This document shows, in pieces, positions 25,304-38,400 of a stretch of DNA of 64,000 nt. The position numbers and the translations under genes were made by a program. The notes under the pieces are model-generated. The model worked only from the letters and a program-made list of their open reading frames with translations, made no database searches and was not told the DNA's origin. Source of the DNA: Elsinoe ampelina (taxonomy: Eukaryota); the NCBI GenBank assembly GCA_010093995.1, contig ML992508.1, positions 1,102,483 through 1,166,482 of the forward strand, read 5' to 3'. Position 1 is the first letter of the stretch, and each line of letters starts with the position of its first letter.

Positions 25304-26420
25304 ATGTCAACCCTCATCAAACCCCCACCCGCCCGCTCAGGCCAATCCCCCATCGAATCCGTCCTCGAACTCACCCACCTCCGCGACATCGACCCCAACC
25401 TCTTCACCAACACCCGCCAACTCTGGCACCCCCCCGGAGCCCGCGGCATCTACGGCGGGGCCGTCATCGCCCAATGCTTAGCCGCCGCCCAACGCACCGT
25501 CCCCGAGACCTTCACCGTACACAGCATGCACTGCTACTTTGTCCTCGCCGGCAACGCCGACATCCCGGTGATCTACCACGTGGAACGGGTCCGCACAGGG
25601 AAGAGCTACGCCACTCGCACGGTGCAAGCGCGCCAACGCGGGGCCGTCATCTTCACCGTCACGATGAGTTTCGTGCGGGAGAACAGCGGGGGGGACAAGC
25701 GGGTGGAGCACGCGGTGCCGATGCCGGATGTGCCTGGCCCGTACGAAGGGGTGGACAAAGAGTCGGCGCTGGTCACGGGGGGAGGGAGTCCGTTTGAGAG
25801 TCAGCGGATCGATATTTTGAACAACGACAGTGAGAAGGCGGAGGAGAAGAGGACGAGGCAGTGGATACGTGCGAGGGGGAAGATTAGTGACGAGGGGGGG
25901 TTTCAGGCGCATTTGTCTGCGTTGGCGTATATGAGTGATAGTTATTTCATCGGGACGGTGGCGAGGGTGCATAAGTTGTGGCGGTACAGTGGGGGGAAAG
26001 GGGGCAAGAAGTGGATTGATGATGCGGTGGTGAAGAAGTTGCAGGAGATGGATGGGGAGACGTTGAGGAGGATGCAGGGCATGGATGAGGATGTGATTGC
26101 TGCGTTGAAGAATGGGGGGGTCAGTGAGGGGAGTAGACCCGAGGTGGGCATGATGGTTAGTTTGGATCATACGATTTATTTCCATGAGCCGAGGGCGTTT
26201 AGGGCGGATGAGTGGATGTTTACGGAGATGGAGAGTCCGTGGGCTGGTGATGGGAGGGGAGTGGTGTTTCAGAGGATATATACCAGGGAGGGCAAGTTGG
26301 TTGCGACTTGTGTACAGGAGGTGAGTCTCATGCGGCACGCTGGCTCTGAATGTGGACTGACCTGATCTACAGGGCGTTGTGCGATTACGGCAGGACGAGG
26401 GCGAGAAGGCGAAGCTGTAA
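25304..26420 (+). CDS. TES1: Acyl-CoA thioesterase II (TesB/TES1 family), peroxisomal
   Basis: Motifs GIYGGAVIAQ, VHSMHCYF, RTGKSYATRTVQARQ, ALAYMSD, MVSLDHTIYFH and ATCVQE|GVVR. After intron ~26321-26371 the protein ends EKAKL*, a PTS1 signal. Confidence 0.92.
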
Positions 26421-27017
26421 AGTAAAGGAAGAACAAATCATTATGAAGGAGAGGGGAATGCCCAGTGAAGAGTAGAAGAATGCCCGGCCGCATCCAAAGT
26501 ATGCGGCAAAGCAGACAGCGCGGCGTTTGGATATGTCTTTTGATATGGAGCCTTTACCACTCGAGATTGGAAAAGGTGGTGGTCAATCTCACAGGTAATA
26601 GATTTCCTTTATTGATACATATGGATCATGAAAGTCTAACAAGTATTGAGCCAACCATTGCCGCTCTGCAGAAGTGAGGCCGCGCCCTACGGGGAGTTTC
26701 ACGTGCTCTTGATTCGTTCATTCTCGTTGCCGATCCCGCGGGCGTGTCCCTGAAGCGGCTTGAGCTTGGATGGAGATCAGTGACGGAAGCGGGGAAAATT
26801 CGAGACCTGCGACATCGCTGCAAGTTTTCCCATACAGTCATCCTCCTCCAACTTTGACATATACGTGATTCAGTGGTTCTGAGTAGCGTTTGGATATACT
26901 CGAACATTCTTTAGGACTTCTCTCTCCACTAAAAGCCCTCATCTTTCAAGTTTCCCCCTCTCACTTTGATTTTCCAACTACCCCTCCACCAAGTTCATTT
27001 GCTGGGACCGAGACACC

Positions 27018-29011
27018 ATGCCGATGTACGAACACTTCCGACTGAATCCATACTAAAAAAGAAGGACTAACATGGTATAGGCTCAAAGATCCCTCCATCA
27101 AATACAAAAAGTTCAAGCCCTTGGACCTTCCGAATAGACAATGGCCCTCCAAGACCCTCGACAAACCCCCACGATGGCTGTCCACGGACCTGCGAGACGG
27201 CAACCAGAGTCTGGTAGATCCCATGGACGGTGAGCAGAAGTGGAAGTACTTTCAAATGCTCACCAAGCTCGGCTACAAAGAGATCGAAGTCTCCTTCCCT
27301 TCCGCATCAGACACCGAATTCGGCTTCACGCGGCGTTTAGTCGAGACTCCTGGAGTTGTCCCTGACGACGTTTGGTTACAGGTGCTATCACCTTGCCGGA
27401 AAGAGCTGATAAGGAGGACCGTCGATTCTCTGAAGGGCGCGAACAAGGCATTACTACATCTGTACCTGGCCACCTCACCATGCTTCCAGCAAATCGTCTT
27501 CCAGATGGACAATGCACAGAGCAAGGCGCTGGCGGTGGAATGCACAAAGTATGCTCGGAGCATTACAAAAGACGATCCAACACAGAAGGGTACGGAGTGG
27601 GCATTCGAGTTCTCCCCAGAGACCTTCTCAGACTCGGATCCAGACTTCGTGGTGGAAGTTTGCGAGGCAGTCAAGGCTGCATGGGAGCCCTCGGAAAGCA
27701 ACCCAATCATCTTCAATCTGCCAGCCACAGTCGAGATGTCAACCCCGAATGTATATGCTGATCAGATTGAGTACTTCTGCAGGAACATCACAGAACGGGA
27801 AAAGGTCTGTGTCTCTCTACATCCACACAATGATAGAGGATGTGCTGTTGCAGCAGCGGAACTGGCACAAATGGCTGGAGCGGATAGAGTTGAGGGTACT
27901 CTATTTGGTAACGGCGAGCGAACGGGTAATGTAGACTTGGTGACTCTTGCCCTGAACCTTTACACACAAGGAGTACATCCCAAGGTCGATTTTAGCGACA
28001 TCAACAGTGTCATCGACATCGTTGAGAAGAGCAACAAGATTCCTGTACATCCGAGAGCACCATATGGTGGTCAGCTGGTAGTATGTGCTTTCTCAGGAAG
28101 TCACCAGGATGCGATCAAGAAGGGTTTCCAGGTACGGAAACAAAATAGTGCGTCAGACACGGATCCTTGGGTCATGCCGTACCTGCCTCTGGATCCGCAG
28201 GACATTGGTCGGACATACGAAGCCATCATTCGTGTCAACAGCCAATCTGGCAAGGGCGGTGTTGCTTGGATCATCCAGCGGACTCTGGAACTCGACCTAC
28301 CTCGTGGTCTACAAGTCGCTTTCAGCAAAATCGTGCAAAAGCGAACAGACAGCCTGGGTCGCGAGCTGCAACCTGGCGAGATCAAGGATTTGTTCGTTAA
28401 TGCTTACCATCTGGAGGGCAATCCTCGTTTCAGTCTGGTAGACTACGATATCACTACTGACAGATCTCAATCACCCGCTCCGCCTGGACCAGGCAAGACT
28501 GTATCAACAAAGAACCTCAAGCGACGTTTCGCAGGTGTCATTGAGATTGACGGTCAGGAGCACCAGATCAAAGGTGTGGGTAATGGTGCTCTCTCAGCTA
28601 TGGCACATGCTTTGCACACTGTGGGTGTGGACTTGGATGTGGCGGACTACAAGGAGCACGCTATTGGACGAGGAAGGGATGTCAAGGCCGCTACATACAT
28701 CGAGTGCACATCGTCTACGACGACACAAAAGGTCTGGGGTGTAGGTGTTCATCATGATGTGGTTCAGGCGTCTCTAATCGCGTTGCTGTCGGCGGCCAGC
28801 TCAGTGAGTTTCGGTAGTCTCCTTGCAGAGAGCTCAGCTAACGGCTCGGCAGTTTCTTGACAGCAGACCAGGCACACCAATGCCATTCCGACCAAAGAAG
28901 GGTATGTCCGAGTCGATAGAGGATTTGAAGGCCGATGTTTCTCCGGCAAATGGGCAAGATGCAAATGGTCATGTAGTGGCTGTTCCAGAGATCAAGAGGA
29001 ACGGGTCGTAG
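27018..29011 (+). CDS. LEU4: 2-isopropylmalate synthase
   Basis: Micro-exon ATGCCGAT plus intron gives MPMLKDPSIKY. Motifs STDLRDGNQSL, EFSPETFS, NLPATVE, SLHPHNDRG and FGNGERTGNVD, followed by the C-terminal regulatory domain. Last intron at ~28804-28852. Confidence 0.97.
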
Positions 29012-29341
29012 AGCTTCATGATATAAGGCGTCAGGCAAACATGGCCAAAAGTTGTCATCATATACCACCATTCAGAATAATGATGTCTGCCATCTTACAG
29101 CCTCTACATGCGCACCACGTTGATTGATAAAGTGATCTGAGGAACCGACCGTGGAAGCCTGGAACCATTATTCTGCCGCCCCACCCGCCAGACCGCCTTG
29201 GCAGAAAATACACCAGTCACCGGCAACCTCACTCCTCTCACGTCCTTTCCTTTCAAACCATTGCAAACCATTCAAATTGACAGCACGCACTTCGTACAGT
29301 CAAATCTAACATAAGTACACGTTCTCCAAATTTTTGCGACC

Positions 29342-31114
29342 ATGGAGGGCGTTACAATGGACGAGATCGAGCAGCTACTCGAGCAGGGCAAGCAAGATGC
29401 TAAGCGCATCGAAGACCAGCAAAAGTCGCACGGCTCACCTCACTCCAAATCCAACTACAACCCCTGGCGCGATGAAGAAGGACTTTCCCGTCGCGGCAGT
29501 GATACTAGCCGTATGAGCAGGAATGATGACAAGCGCAGCCCACAGCACGATAGCGACCGCTCTGCCCGCAGGAACACCGATCGCTACTCAGGCGGCCGCC
29601 GCAGGTCCCGCTCACCCCGTTCACCCCGCCACGGCCGCGACTCATATGATCGCTACGATGGACGCTCACGTTACGAAGGCAGAAGTGACAGGTACAGAGA
29701 CAGGAGCCCACACGATGACAGACACAGGTCTAGCCCTCGCGACCGCGATGACAGGCGTGGAGGACGCGATTCACGTGATGGAGGACGTGAACGCCGCAGG
29801 GACAGCCCTCGTCGTCCTCGTCGCCCAGCGACACCAGAACCTACTGACGACGAGCGTGATAGGCGCACCGTGTTCGTCCAGCAGCTCGCCAACCGTCTTC
29901 GCACCAGAGAACTCGAGGCCTTCTTCGAAAAGATCGGTCCCGTCAAGGAAGCACAGATCGTCAGGGATAGGGTCACCAACCGCTCCAAAGGTGTCGGATA
30001 TGTCGAATTCAAAGATGAGGAGTCTGTCGCAAAGGCTCTCGACGTCACTGGACAGAAGCTTCTCGGTATCCCCATTATCGTTCAGTTGACTGAAGCTGAG
30101 AAGAATCGTCAGGCTCGTCAGACAGAGGGGCAGGCCACTCTCAGCAACGGCGCTCCCTTCCACAGGCTTTACGTCGGCAATGTCCACTTTAGTGTCGGCG
30201 AAAGTGATCTCCAGACTTTGTTCGGAACCTATGGTGAGGTCGAGGTGGTTCAGTTGCAAAAGGATGACTCTGGAAGGAGCCGTGGTTATGGGTTTGTTCT
30301 GTATGTCATCCACTGACTTGATATGAACGTCACTGACCTTTCCAGATACGCCAACTCTGATGACGCCAAGCAGGCACTAGCTGAGCTCAACGGATTCTTG
30401 CTCGCCGATCGTCCTCTGCGTGTTGGTCTCGGCAACGACAAGATGAATGCCGAAGCCACCACCGGTATGATGCAGCGCAACGCCACTGCCGGTTCTGAAT
30501 TCCAAGCTTCTTCCTTCTCCGGCGCAGGTGGCCGTGGCACCCATGCTGGTGGCTCCACCAACTTCGAGCGTTCCAACCGTGAGGAAAAGGCTGCCGCCAA
30601 CTCAAGCGCTCTCGACGACTCTGACGTCGGCGGTGTCAACTACAGCAACTTCAGCCGTGCTTCTCTCATGCAGAAGCTGGCTCGCACTGAGGACCCCGCT
30701 CCCGATAAAAGCAAGACCAAGACTTCCACCACCAAGAAGCCCGCACCTCCCACCATGGGCAAGAGTCGTTGCATCATCGTCAAGAACTGTTATGACGAGT
30801 CTGAGTAAGTAACTTCCCTCCCTTGCAATTTTTCCAGACGCTGACCTTTTAGCTTCGATGATCCCAACTTCCAGACTGAGCTCGAGGAGGACTTCAAGGA
30901 GGAATGCTCCGAGAAGTATGGTCCTGTCGTCCACATTGGTATTCCCAGCGAACACAGCGAGGGAGCCGTCTACGTCAAGTTCAAAGACCTCACTGGCGGC
31001 GACAATGCTCTCAAGGGTCTCAACGGTCGCTTTTTCGCTGGCAAAGTCCTCACCGCCGGTCCTGTGGTTGACGCCATCTACAACACCAACTTTCCCAAGG
31101 CCGCAAGGTTGTGA
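29342..31114 (+). CDS. RBM39/CAPER-like splicing factor (RS region, 2 RRM, UHM; PAD-1/Rsd1 type)
   Basis: RS/RD-rich N-terminus, ERDRRTVFVQQL, RSKGVGYVEF, HRLYVGNVHF, GRSRGYGFV, SALDDSDVGG..SRASLMQKLAR and a C-terminal UHM ending ALKGLNGRFFAG. Introns at ~30301-30345 and ~30805-30852. Confidence 0.93.
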
Positions 31115-31387
31115 TCAAGAACAGACACCCACACAGCCACAACGACATATGTAACGATTACGTTTTCCAGCTTACGACGCTTTTCGGGCGTCTTCACGAG
31201 TCACAGATACATCTCGCGTCATCAGAGCGCGAATATGAAGCTTTTCACTTTTGGTCGAAGGAATGCTGCTTTCGGTTCTCTATACTTCTGGTAAAACACA
31301 GCCGAAGTCATCGAGACAGCACAGCACTCACTCGACCTCAATAACCGTAAGGCTTTTCAAGGTTGTACAACAAGCTTTTCACAGAAG

Positions 31388-31665
31388 TCGCTTCTCAGAC
31401 TCGAAGCTGCTCCATAAGCAGCCATGCTTCACAGCGATTTTCAGAAGTGCATGCCACGCACGGCACTTCTCGACATGAAGCTTTTCGTCCTCGAATCCGC
31501 TCCGCTGAGCACATATGCTTTATATCGACATCAAAAGTTGCACTTCACACACGGCACTTTCTGATCATGGAGCTTTTCATACTCGAAACTGCTCCACCGA
31601 GCATCTATGCTTCACATCGACATCAGAAGTTGCATGCCACACACAGCACTTCTCGATCACGAAGC
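31388..31665. repeat. Degenerate tandem repeat, 3 units of ~90-92 bp, downstream of the RBM39-like gene
   Basis: The anchor GCTT(C/T)TC recurs at 31390, 31480 and 31572. Each unit reads ...CTCGAA..GCTCC...GCA...ATGCTT...CA(G/A)AAGT(T)GCA...CAC.CAC(G/A)GCACTT.. . Confidence 0.85.
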
Positions 31666-32464
31666 ATCGTAATAATTCACAGATTCCACAACGCCGACGA
31701 CACTCGAAGATACCAATTTGCTTTGATCGAGTGGACAATTGTACAAAAGAGAGAGGGACACTCGGCAAGAACCTCTCTAGCTGATCATGTCCATCACCTC
31801 ACGCGACTACAGATGCCTTTTCCTGTCAAGGGAGCTTTCATGGTATGCAACTGGCTGGTCATGGACGGAATGGGTCATGGAGGGTTCTGGCGGGTAAGAT
31901 TTGCGTTGCTCTTCACACAAAAGTTTTTGTTTTCGGCATCACATCAGCTCTCAACAGCATGATACTTAGCCACTCGTTTTGCTTTTCAGAAAAAGATTGC
32001 TGCGGAGGATACATCTCGCGAGCTAGGTATGAGCGAGGACGTCTGCCTTTCGTCCGGCTCGAAATACGTAGTCATCGTGAATCAAATTACATAAAATCCA
32101 TATGTTGAAGCTGCTCGTGATGTTCCGTCATATTAATGTACCACACAACGAGTTCAAAATCTGGGACGCCTGTCTACTGCAAGTGTGGTTGTTCGTGATG
32201 TTTGAAGTTGTCCGTGTGCACCTGCAGGTGGTGAGCATCCCGATCAGGAACCATTGCTTGGCACATTTGCGGCGACCCAAAGAACTCGGTTTCATCCTCA
32301 GGCTTGTGCGAGCAATCATTTCTTTTGACAAAGACTCGAACTCACACAATACACCATTCTGGACCTTCTCATTCCTGCTTCGACTGCTTGAACCCACCAA
32401 CTACTTGTACTGACGGTACCTCCAACGTCCCAGCTTCACTCGAAGCTCCGATAAGCCTCTCACC

Positions 32465-33484
32465 ATGACACGCTCCACCTCCCTCCTCCTCACCCTCCTC
32501 CCCTTCGCCCACGCCGTGACCTTCGACTGCGACCACGTCCGCGTCGACAAAGTATCCTTCGACCTCTCCAAGCTCTCGGGGCCACACACGGTCTCGCACA
32601 TCACCGACACGCCCCCCAGCATCCACAACACAACCTTCACCATCGACCTCTGCAAACCGCTCACGGGGGAAGACCTCGGCCGCGGCCTCAAGCCCAAAGA
32701 GCGCTGCCCGACCGGCACCCGAGTCTGCGCCGTCGACGTATCGCACAACACCGTGGAAGATACGACGCAGGTGAACTCTGTGATTGCCATCGCGGGCGAG
32801 TTGACGGCTAGCCATGGACGGGCGTTGGACCCGAAGGTGACGCGCATGAAGGGGAGCGCGAGTAATGCGGACAACGAGAAGGAGGGGTTGAGGGTGGAGT
32901 TTAACGGGGGGAAGTACGCGGGGAAGAGCCAGAAGGCGGTGGTGGAGTTGGTTTGTGATAAGGAGAGGACGGGGAATGAGGAGGTTGGGACGGTGGTGCT
33001 GAGAGGGGTGGGGAGGAGGGAGGAGGAGGGGGATGAGGATAAGGGGAAGGAGGGCGAGGGGAAGGAGGATGGGGATGAGGAGAAGGAGAGGAGTTTGAGG
33101 TTTGTGGGCTACCCAGGGTCGGCGGACGATGTGGATGTGTTGAGGTTGGATTGGAGGACGAAGTATGCTTGTGAGGGGTTTGAGGACGATGAGGAGAAGG
33201 CGGGTGGCGGGTGGGGCTTCTTTTCTTGGTTGTTCTTGATGTGAGTATCTTGGTTATGTGGGAGGAGGGCATAGACTGACAAGCGTAGCATCTTTTTGGG
33301 GGCAGCGGCATATATCATCTTTGGATCATGGTTGAACTACTCGAGATACGGCGCGAGAGGATGGGATCTGGTACCTCATGGAGACAGCATAAGGGATTTA
33401 CCGTATATCCTGAAGGACTGGGCGAGGAATGTGATTGATACCATTCAAGGTAGAGGATATCGGGGAGGATACAGCGCGGTGTAG
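32465..33484 (+). CDS. ATG27: Autophagy-related protein 27
   Basis: Signal peptide, Cys-containing MRH-like lumenal domain (FDLSKLSGPH, LRLDWRTKYAC), TM segment GWGFFSWLFL, and cytosolic tail NYSRYGARGWDLVPHGD...RGGYSAV*. One intron at ~33241-33288. Confidence 0.93.
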
Positions 33485-33977
33485 TCACTACGAGGAATTG
33501 AAATATATATCTGTACATATGGTGGACCTGGAAAGCAAGCTTGAGGAAGACTTCGTTCTCTTTCCTACTGTGTCTCGTTACTTTGAGTGGCCGTTTGCAG
33601 GGCTGTCAGGCTCATAGAAACAACACAAGTGACCGTTCGTTTTGGGTCCGACTGACACCAGAACAGGTCAAGGACATTCGGACCTTTGCATGTTTCCGAA
33701 GGCTGAAGACGCGTTGCTGGCATCGCGTCGCTTCCACAATTGACGGGACATGATTGGTCAGCGCACACATTCCAGAAAGCTTCGCAGCGAAAATGGTCTG
33801 ATCCATTGTCAAGCAATTAATTGTATTTCGCTTACACAGGTACTTCGCACGACAACTTAATCTGGTGGAGGACCTCATATAGAGCATATCGATTATAACA
33901 CCCTTTTCAAAAAGAACATCAGATCTGTAGCCCGTTTATCGATAATTCAGGACACAATCACTCTCCACCACGTCAAC

Positions 33978-34715
33978 ATGGCCGGCATCCCTGAGATGGT
34001 GTCCAACTTCACCAAGACTGCAACCGAACCAGGAACTGGCGTCCCTCATCCTTACTACCCCATTGGAGTCCAAGTGACAGGCTACATCGCCAACACCTTC
34101 TCAGTCCCCTACATCCTCGGTGTATTCTCCGCAGGATGCGCCGTCATCTTCTCCGCGACCTACGTAGCCACCAAGAAACTCCGACCTAGCATCCCTTCTG
34201 GTGAAATGTTCACAGTGCTATGGTTCGTCCTCAGCGGCAGCATCCACTTCTGGTTCGAAGGATACTACGCCATCAATCAACACCGCATGGGTAGCCTGCA
34301 AACTCTGTTCGGGCAAATGTGGAAGGAGTATGCCCTGGCCGACTCGAGGTATCTCACGCAGAACGCATTTGTGCTTTGTATGGAGAGTATCACGGCTATC
34401 TGCTGGGGACCGCTTTGCTATATCTGTGCTTGGACTATCATGACGGATTCGACGCTTAGGTATCCTTTGCAGTCGATTGTGTCTCTGGGTCAGCTTTATG
34501 GGGATGTTCTGTACTACGCCACGAGTCTATTTGATCACTACATGCTCGATGTGGCGTACTCGAGGCCGGAGGCGTTTTACTTCTGGGGTTACTACGTGTT
34601 TTTGAATGCTTTCTGGATCGTCATCCCGGGCTACCTGGTCTACCAGAGCGTGGTCAAGTCCTCGGATGCATTCAAAGTCGCAAACAGGATACAAGCTGGG
34701 AAGAAGAAGAACTGA
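33978..34715 (+). CDS. Emopamil-binding protein family (sterol delta8-delta7 isomerase-like, EXPERA)
   Basis: Motifs HPYYP, LWFVLSGSIHFWFEGY, QMWKEYALADSRY, CMESIT, GQLYGDVLYY and FWGYYVFLNAFWIVIP, with a Lys-rich C-terminus. Confidence 0.92.
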   Translation: MAGIPEMVSNFTKTATEPGTGVPHPYYPIGVQVTGYIANTFSVPYILGVFSAGCAVIFSATYVATKKLRPSIPSGEMFTVLWFVLSGSIHFWFEGYYAINQHRMGSLQTLFGQMWKEYALADSRYLTQNAFVLCMESITAICWGPLCYICAWTIMTDSTLRYPLQSIVSLGQLYGDVLYYATSLFDHYMLDVAYSRPEAFYFWGYYVFLNAFWIVIPGYLVYQSVVKSSDAFKVANRIQAGKKKN

Positions 34716-35492
34716 ATGAGGTTTCTGGAACCATCAAATTGCTCTTCACACGCATCCTTAGACAGCATCAAATTCAAAAACCTGCAACAGATGACAATCG
34801 TGCATAATCGGTGTCTAGCTAAGCCTGTTCGAGGCACTGCCGGCAAACATCCCTGCAGGCGGGCCACACAATCTTGATCCACATCCATTGTTCGCTGCCA
34901 GGTTTCGCGGCTCCACAAGGTGCGAGGAGCTCAACGAAAGCTCTGCGGAAGATAAGTTACAATGACGAATACCTCTGCGTCTGCGCATTGCGCATCTCTA
35001 ACAATGAATCCGGTTCACCTGTATGCTCTCAATGTCCATTCCTAACAAGTGTGAGCTCCGACCATCGCCAAATTCAACGAGAAGTCGACATTCCTTCCAA
35101 ATCCGGACGTTGCTCTTGACGACGCTCCCGTAAACACGACTCGCTCAACCACACGCAGCGGAAGACTGCACCTCACGATCGTAATCGATACCGATTATTG
35201 ACGAACAACTGATCAGTGCTTGGCTCAATTTGCCGTTTGCGAAAAAGAGGCTTTTCGACTTCCTAGCCGCAAATCTCAACTTCAAGAACGTCCGACACTG
35301 GACAAAATCTCTGGCCGAAACGCATTTCGACACGGGCGACTTCACATTTACTTGGCCCCCGACAGTACAGAGATGACCTCATGACAGACGACTCATGATT
35401 GTGAAGCTCTCCGAAGAGTAGAGCAGATTGATGGTGAGGTACGACAGCGCTCGTAGATAAGGAGACCGCAGGTTGCTGCACGACCAGTGACA

Positions 35493-38400
35493 ATGCCCTT
35501 CACGCCAATGGCCACCCGCAGGCCATCCGCGCCGGAGAAGCACCTGGACCTCACCGCCCAGGACGCCGCATATCGCCCTGCCACAGTCAAGCAAAAGGTC
35601 AAGCAATGGCAAGGAGATGGTGGAGGAGTACTGGAAACGCCTACACCTCCAAAGGCCAAGGGCTGGAGTTTACCCAAGAGCCCGATCAAAAGCCCGGCCA
35701 GTCCGGTCAAAGAGAAGCCAGCGTTGTTACACAAAGAGCCTCAAGGACCTCTACTACCAGAAGGCTACCAAGCCAAGCCATTGGACATCATCCGAGATAC
35801 CAAGACTGGCGCGCATGCTCTTGTCAAGTCACGCTCGCCTCCGAAACCCGCCACGACATCGAACAAGCCCGGTCCGGCCACATGGGATCCTAATCGGAAG
35901 GTCTTCGTAAGAAAGCGGGAGAACAAACTTCAAGCATATGAGGAGGATGAGATGAAGATGGCCACTTCGCCAAAGAAGAGGGTCATTAGCGACGGACACT
36001 GGAGGAAGGACAAATCACCGATCAAGCCCTCAGGCAATCCTCGATATGTGCCTGTTGCAGAGCCAAAACAGCGAATTATCACACAGAAAAGTACACCCGA
36101 TTTCCGGAGCAGACCTGCAAAGCCTGCTGCAACAGCTGCCTTCGCCGTGCGGAAAGCGCAAGAGAGGCCGAAATGGATGGCCATGGATCCGACGAGAGAT
36201 CCTGACTTGGTGGCCAGCATGACAAGGAAGCGATCAAGATCGAGATCAAGAGAACGGAGAGGTGATTCGTCCTCTGTAAATGTTGAAAGAGCTGTACCAA
36301 GGCCGGGAAGGACTCCAAATACGCCGCAGAAGACGCCCAGAAAAGTGTCCGACCGACATAGCTCTGACAGCGATTCTACAGAGAGGGTAGTTGGGACACA
36401 AAGACCTCAGACTGCGAGGCGCACCAGCCATCGAAACCCGCCCAGCAGCCCCATGACTTCGGATGTTGGCACAGAAGACCCCTTCTCTCTGGCTAGCCCA
36501 TGTCCAGACGACAGTATCAGCCGTGTTGGAATGCCAAAGTCTGCACCTCAGCGATTACCGAGTAGGAAGGAACAGCCGCGGAAAGTGTCAGTACCAGCGC
36601 CAGTGTATCAGGAACCAATACCTGCGAAACAGAAGTCTCCCCCAGGACCGCCACCGGTATTTGGCAATCGTATCGAGGCATGGCTTGGTAGGCAGTCGGA
36701 TCCGTTCTGGGACGAGACTACCACAGCCATGGATGAAGCGCGCTCGTCGATACCTTCACCTGTTCCCGAGCCTCTCCGGCCTCGGAAGAAGGAAGACAAA
36801 CACGCCAGTCCGGATCTTCGTCAGCCGCTGAAGCAAGGCGGTCAGGGTCGAAAGTTCAGCTATGAGCAGGACGAGTACGTGATGTCAGGAGGTTTGAAGA
36901 CATCGCCGAGCAACAAGGAGAATGGCTCTGATGCCCGCAAAGCTTCGTACGAGCTTGGAGACGAGCAGAATTTTAACAAAAGAAAGTCGAGCGCCGGTCA
37001 AGCTGGAATCGGCTTAGGTATCGGCCTAGGGATCAATATGCTTCGCCGAGAGGCGCCCACGACTGGAAAGGCGCTCTCGACTATAGCGTCCGAGGTTACC
37101 CAAGAACCATACCAGGCACGCAGACCACCACCTTCGATAGCAGAGGAGTCATATGCGGCGAGCTCCATCTCTCTCACGACTATTGGCGGCAAACCCACGA
37201 AAGCATCTTCCAAGAAGTCGCCCAGTCTCAAGCGCAGGCTAACAAAGCACGACGACCTTATGACTGTGCTGTCGATTCCGACAACCGCTCACAGTCTTGC
37301 ATCAGCCCGTAGCTTTCGCAAAGAGCGGCTCCGAGCAGACAAGCAAAGCAAAGAAGAAGTCTTGAAGGAGCTTGCGACGGAAGAAGAAAAATACAGACGC
37401 GAACTTCTGACTTTGGTCGACGGCATCATTCCGGTACTCTTGTCAAGCGTTCTCGCAAAGTCTGGTTCTTGCTCACCTTCGAGCACTCTCAGCAAGGATG
37501 GAACGAAGCAGAATGCCACCCAACCTATTGTTGATATGGGCGTCGCTCTGGAGCGATTGAAGACGCAGCATAGACGCATGCCACAGACCAATCCTGGTGC
37601 ATTACTGGTGTGGGCTCAGAATGCGGCGAGAATCTACGAAGACTACATCAAGGCATGGAAGATGGGCTTTGACGATGTAGTGATCAACCTACCAAAGGGT
37701 GATAAGGCCGCTTGGGCCGAAGGTTTGTCACAAAACGCTGCTGGGGATCTGGTCAATGGCAAGGGGGAGCGAGTGGATGTTGCTTTTCTTTTGAAGCGGC
37801 CGCTGGTCCGAGTCAAAAACTTGACCAAAACGTTTAGGGTGAGGATATCCTGTGCGCCTGATGGTGTTTGCTGATTATGGTTCAGGCGATCTATCACCTC
37901 ATACCTTCACCTGATGCAGTCGCCATGTCTGAAAGGTATCATGCTCTTATGGTAGCTGCACGCAAGAAGTCTAATGATGAGCTTGCTCGGATTGAAGACG
38001 AAGCAGCAGCTTCCATCGACCCAACGAGGGCACGAGATCCTCGAAGTCTGGCGCCCCTGGCCGGCGTGCGCATTGATGCGTCGAGAAGCGTACGGGCTCG
38101 TGACTACTTCGAAATGACTCTCAGGCATACTACTGGTCAGCAAGTCGACTGTGCGATCGAGATCATAATCCGCGATAATGAAGCAGACCCAGACAAGGGT
38201 GGAGATGTGCTCTTCTGCGAGGTCTCGGATACTGGGAGGTGGCTCTTGTTCCCGCCCGTGATCCAAGACATGGTATCTGCACGTCGTGGCAAGACGGACT
38301 CGGAATTGATCATGATGATCAGGGGTGTGGCTTCGGATGGTAATGACTGGTCTGAACTGCTTACTCTACATTCGTCCAGCGAGGAAGCTGTCGATGAGTG

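Noticed and set aside
31388..31665. CRISPR-like array, or a coding ORF at 31363-31962
   Set aside because: Eukaryotic context. Whole units are similar with no unique spacers, and the period is not consistently a multiple of 3; the ORF has no recognisable protein features.
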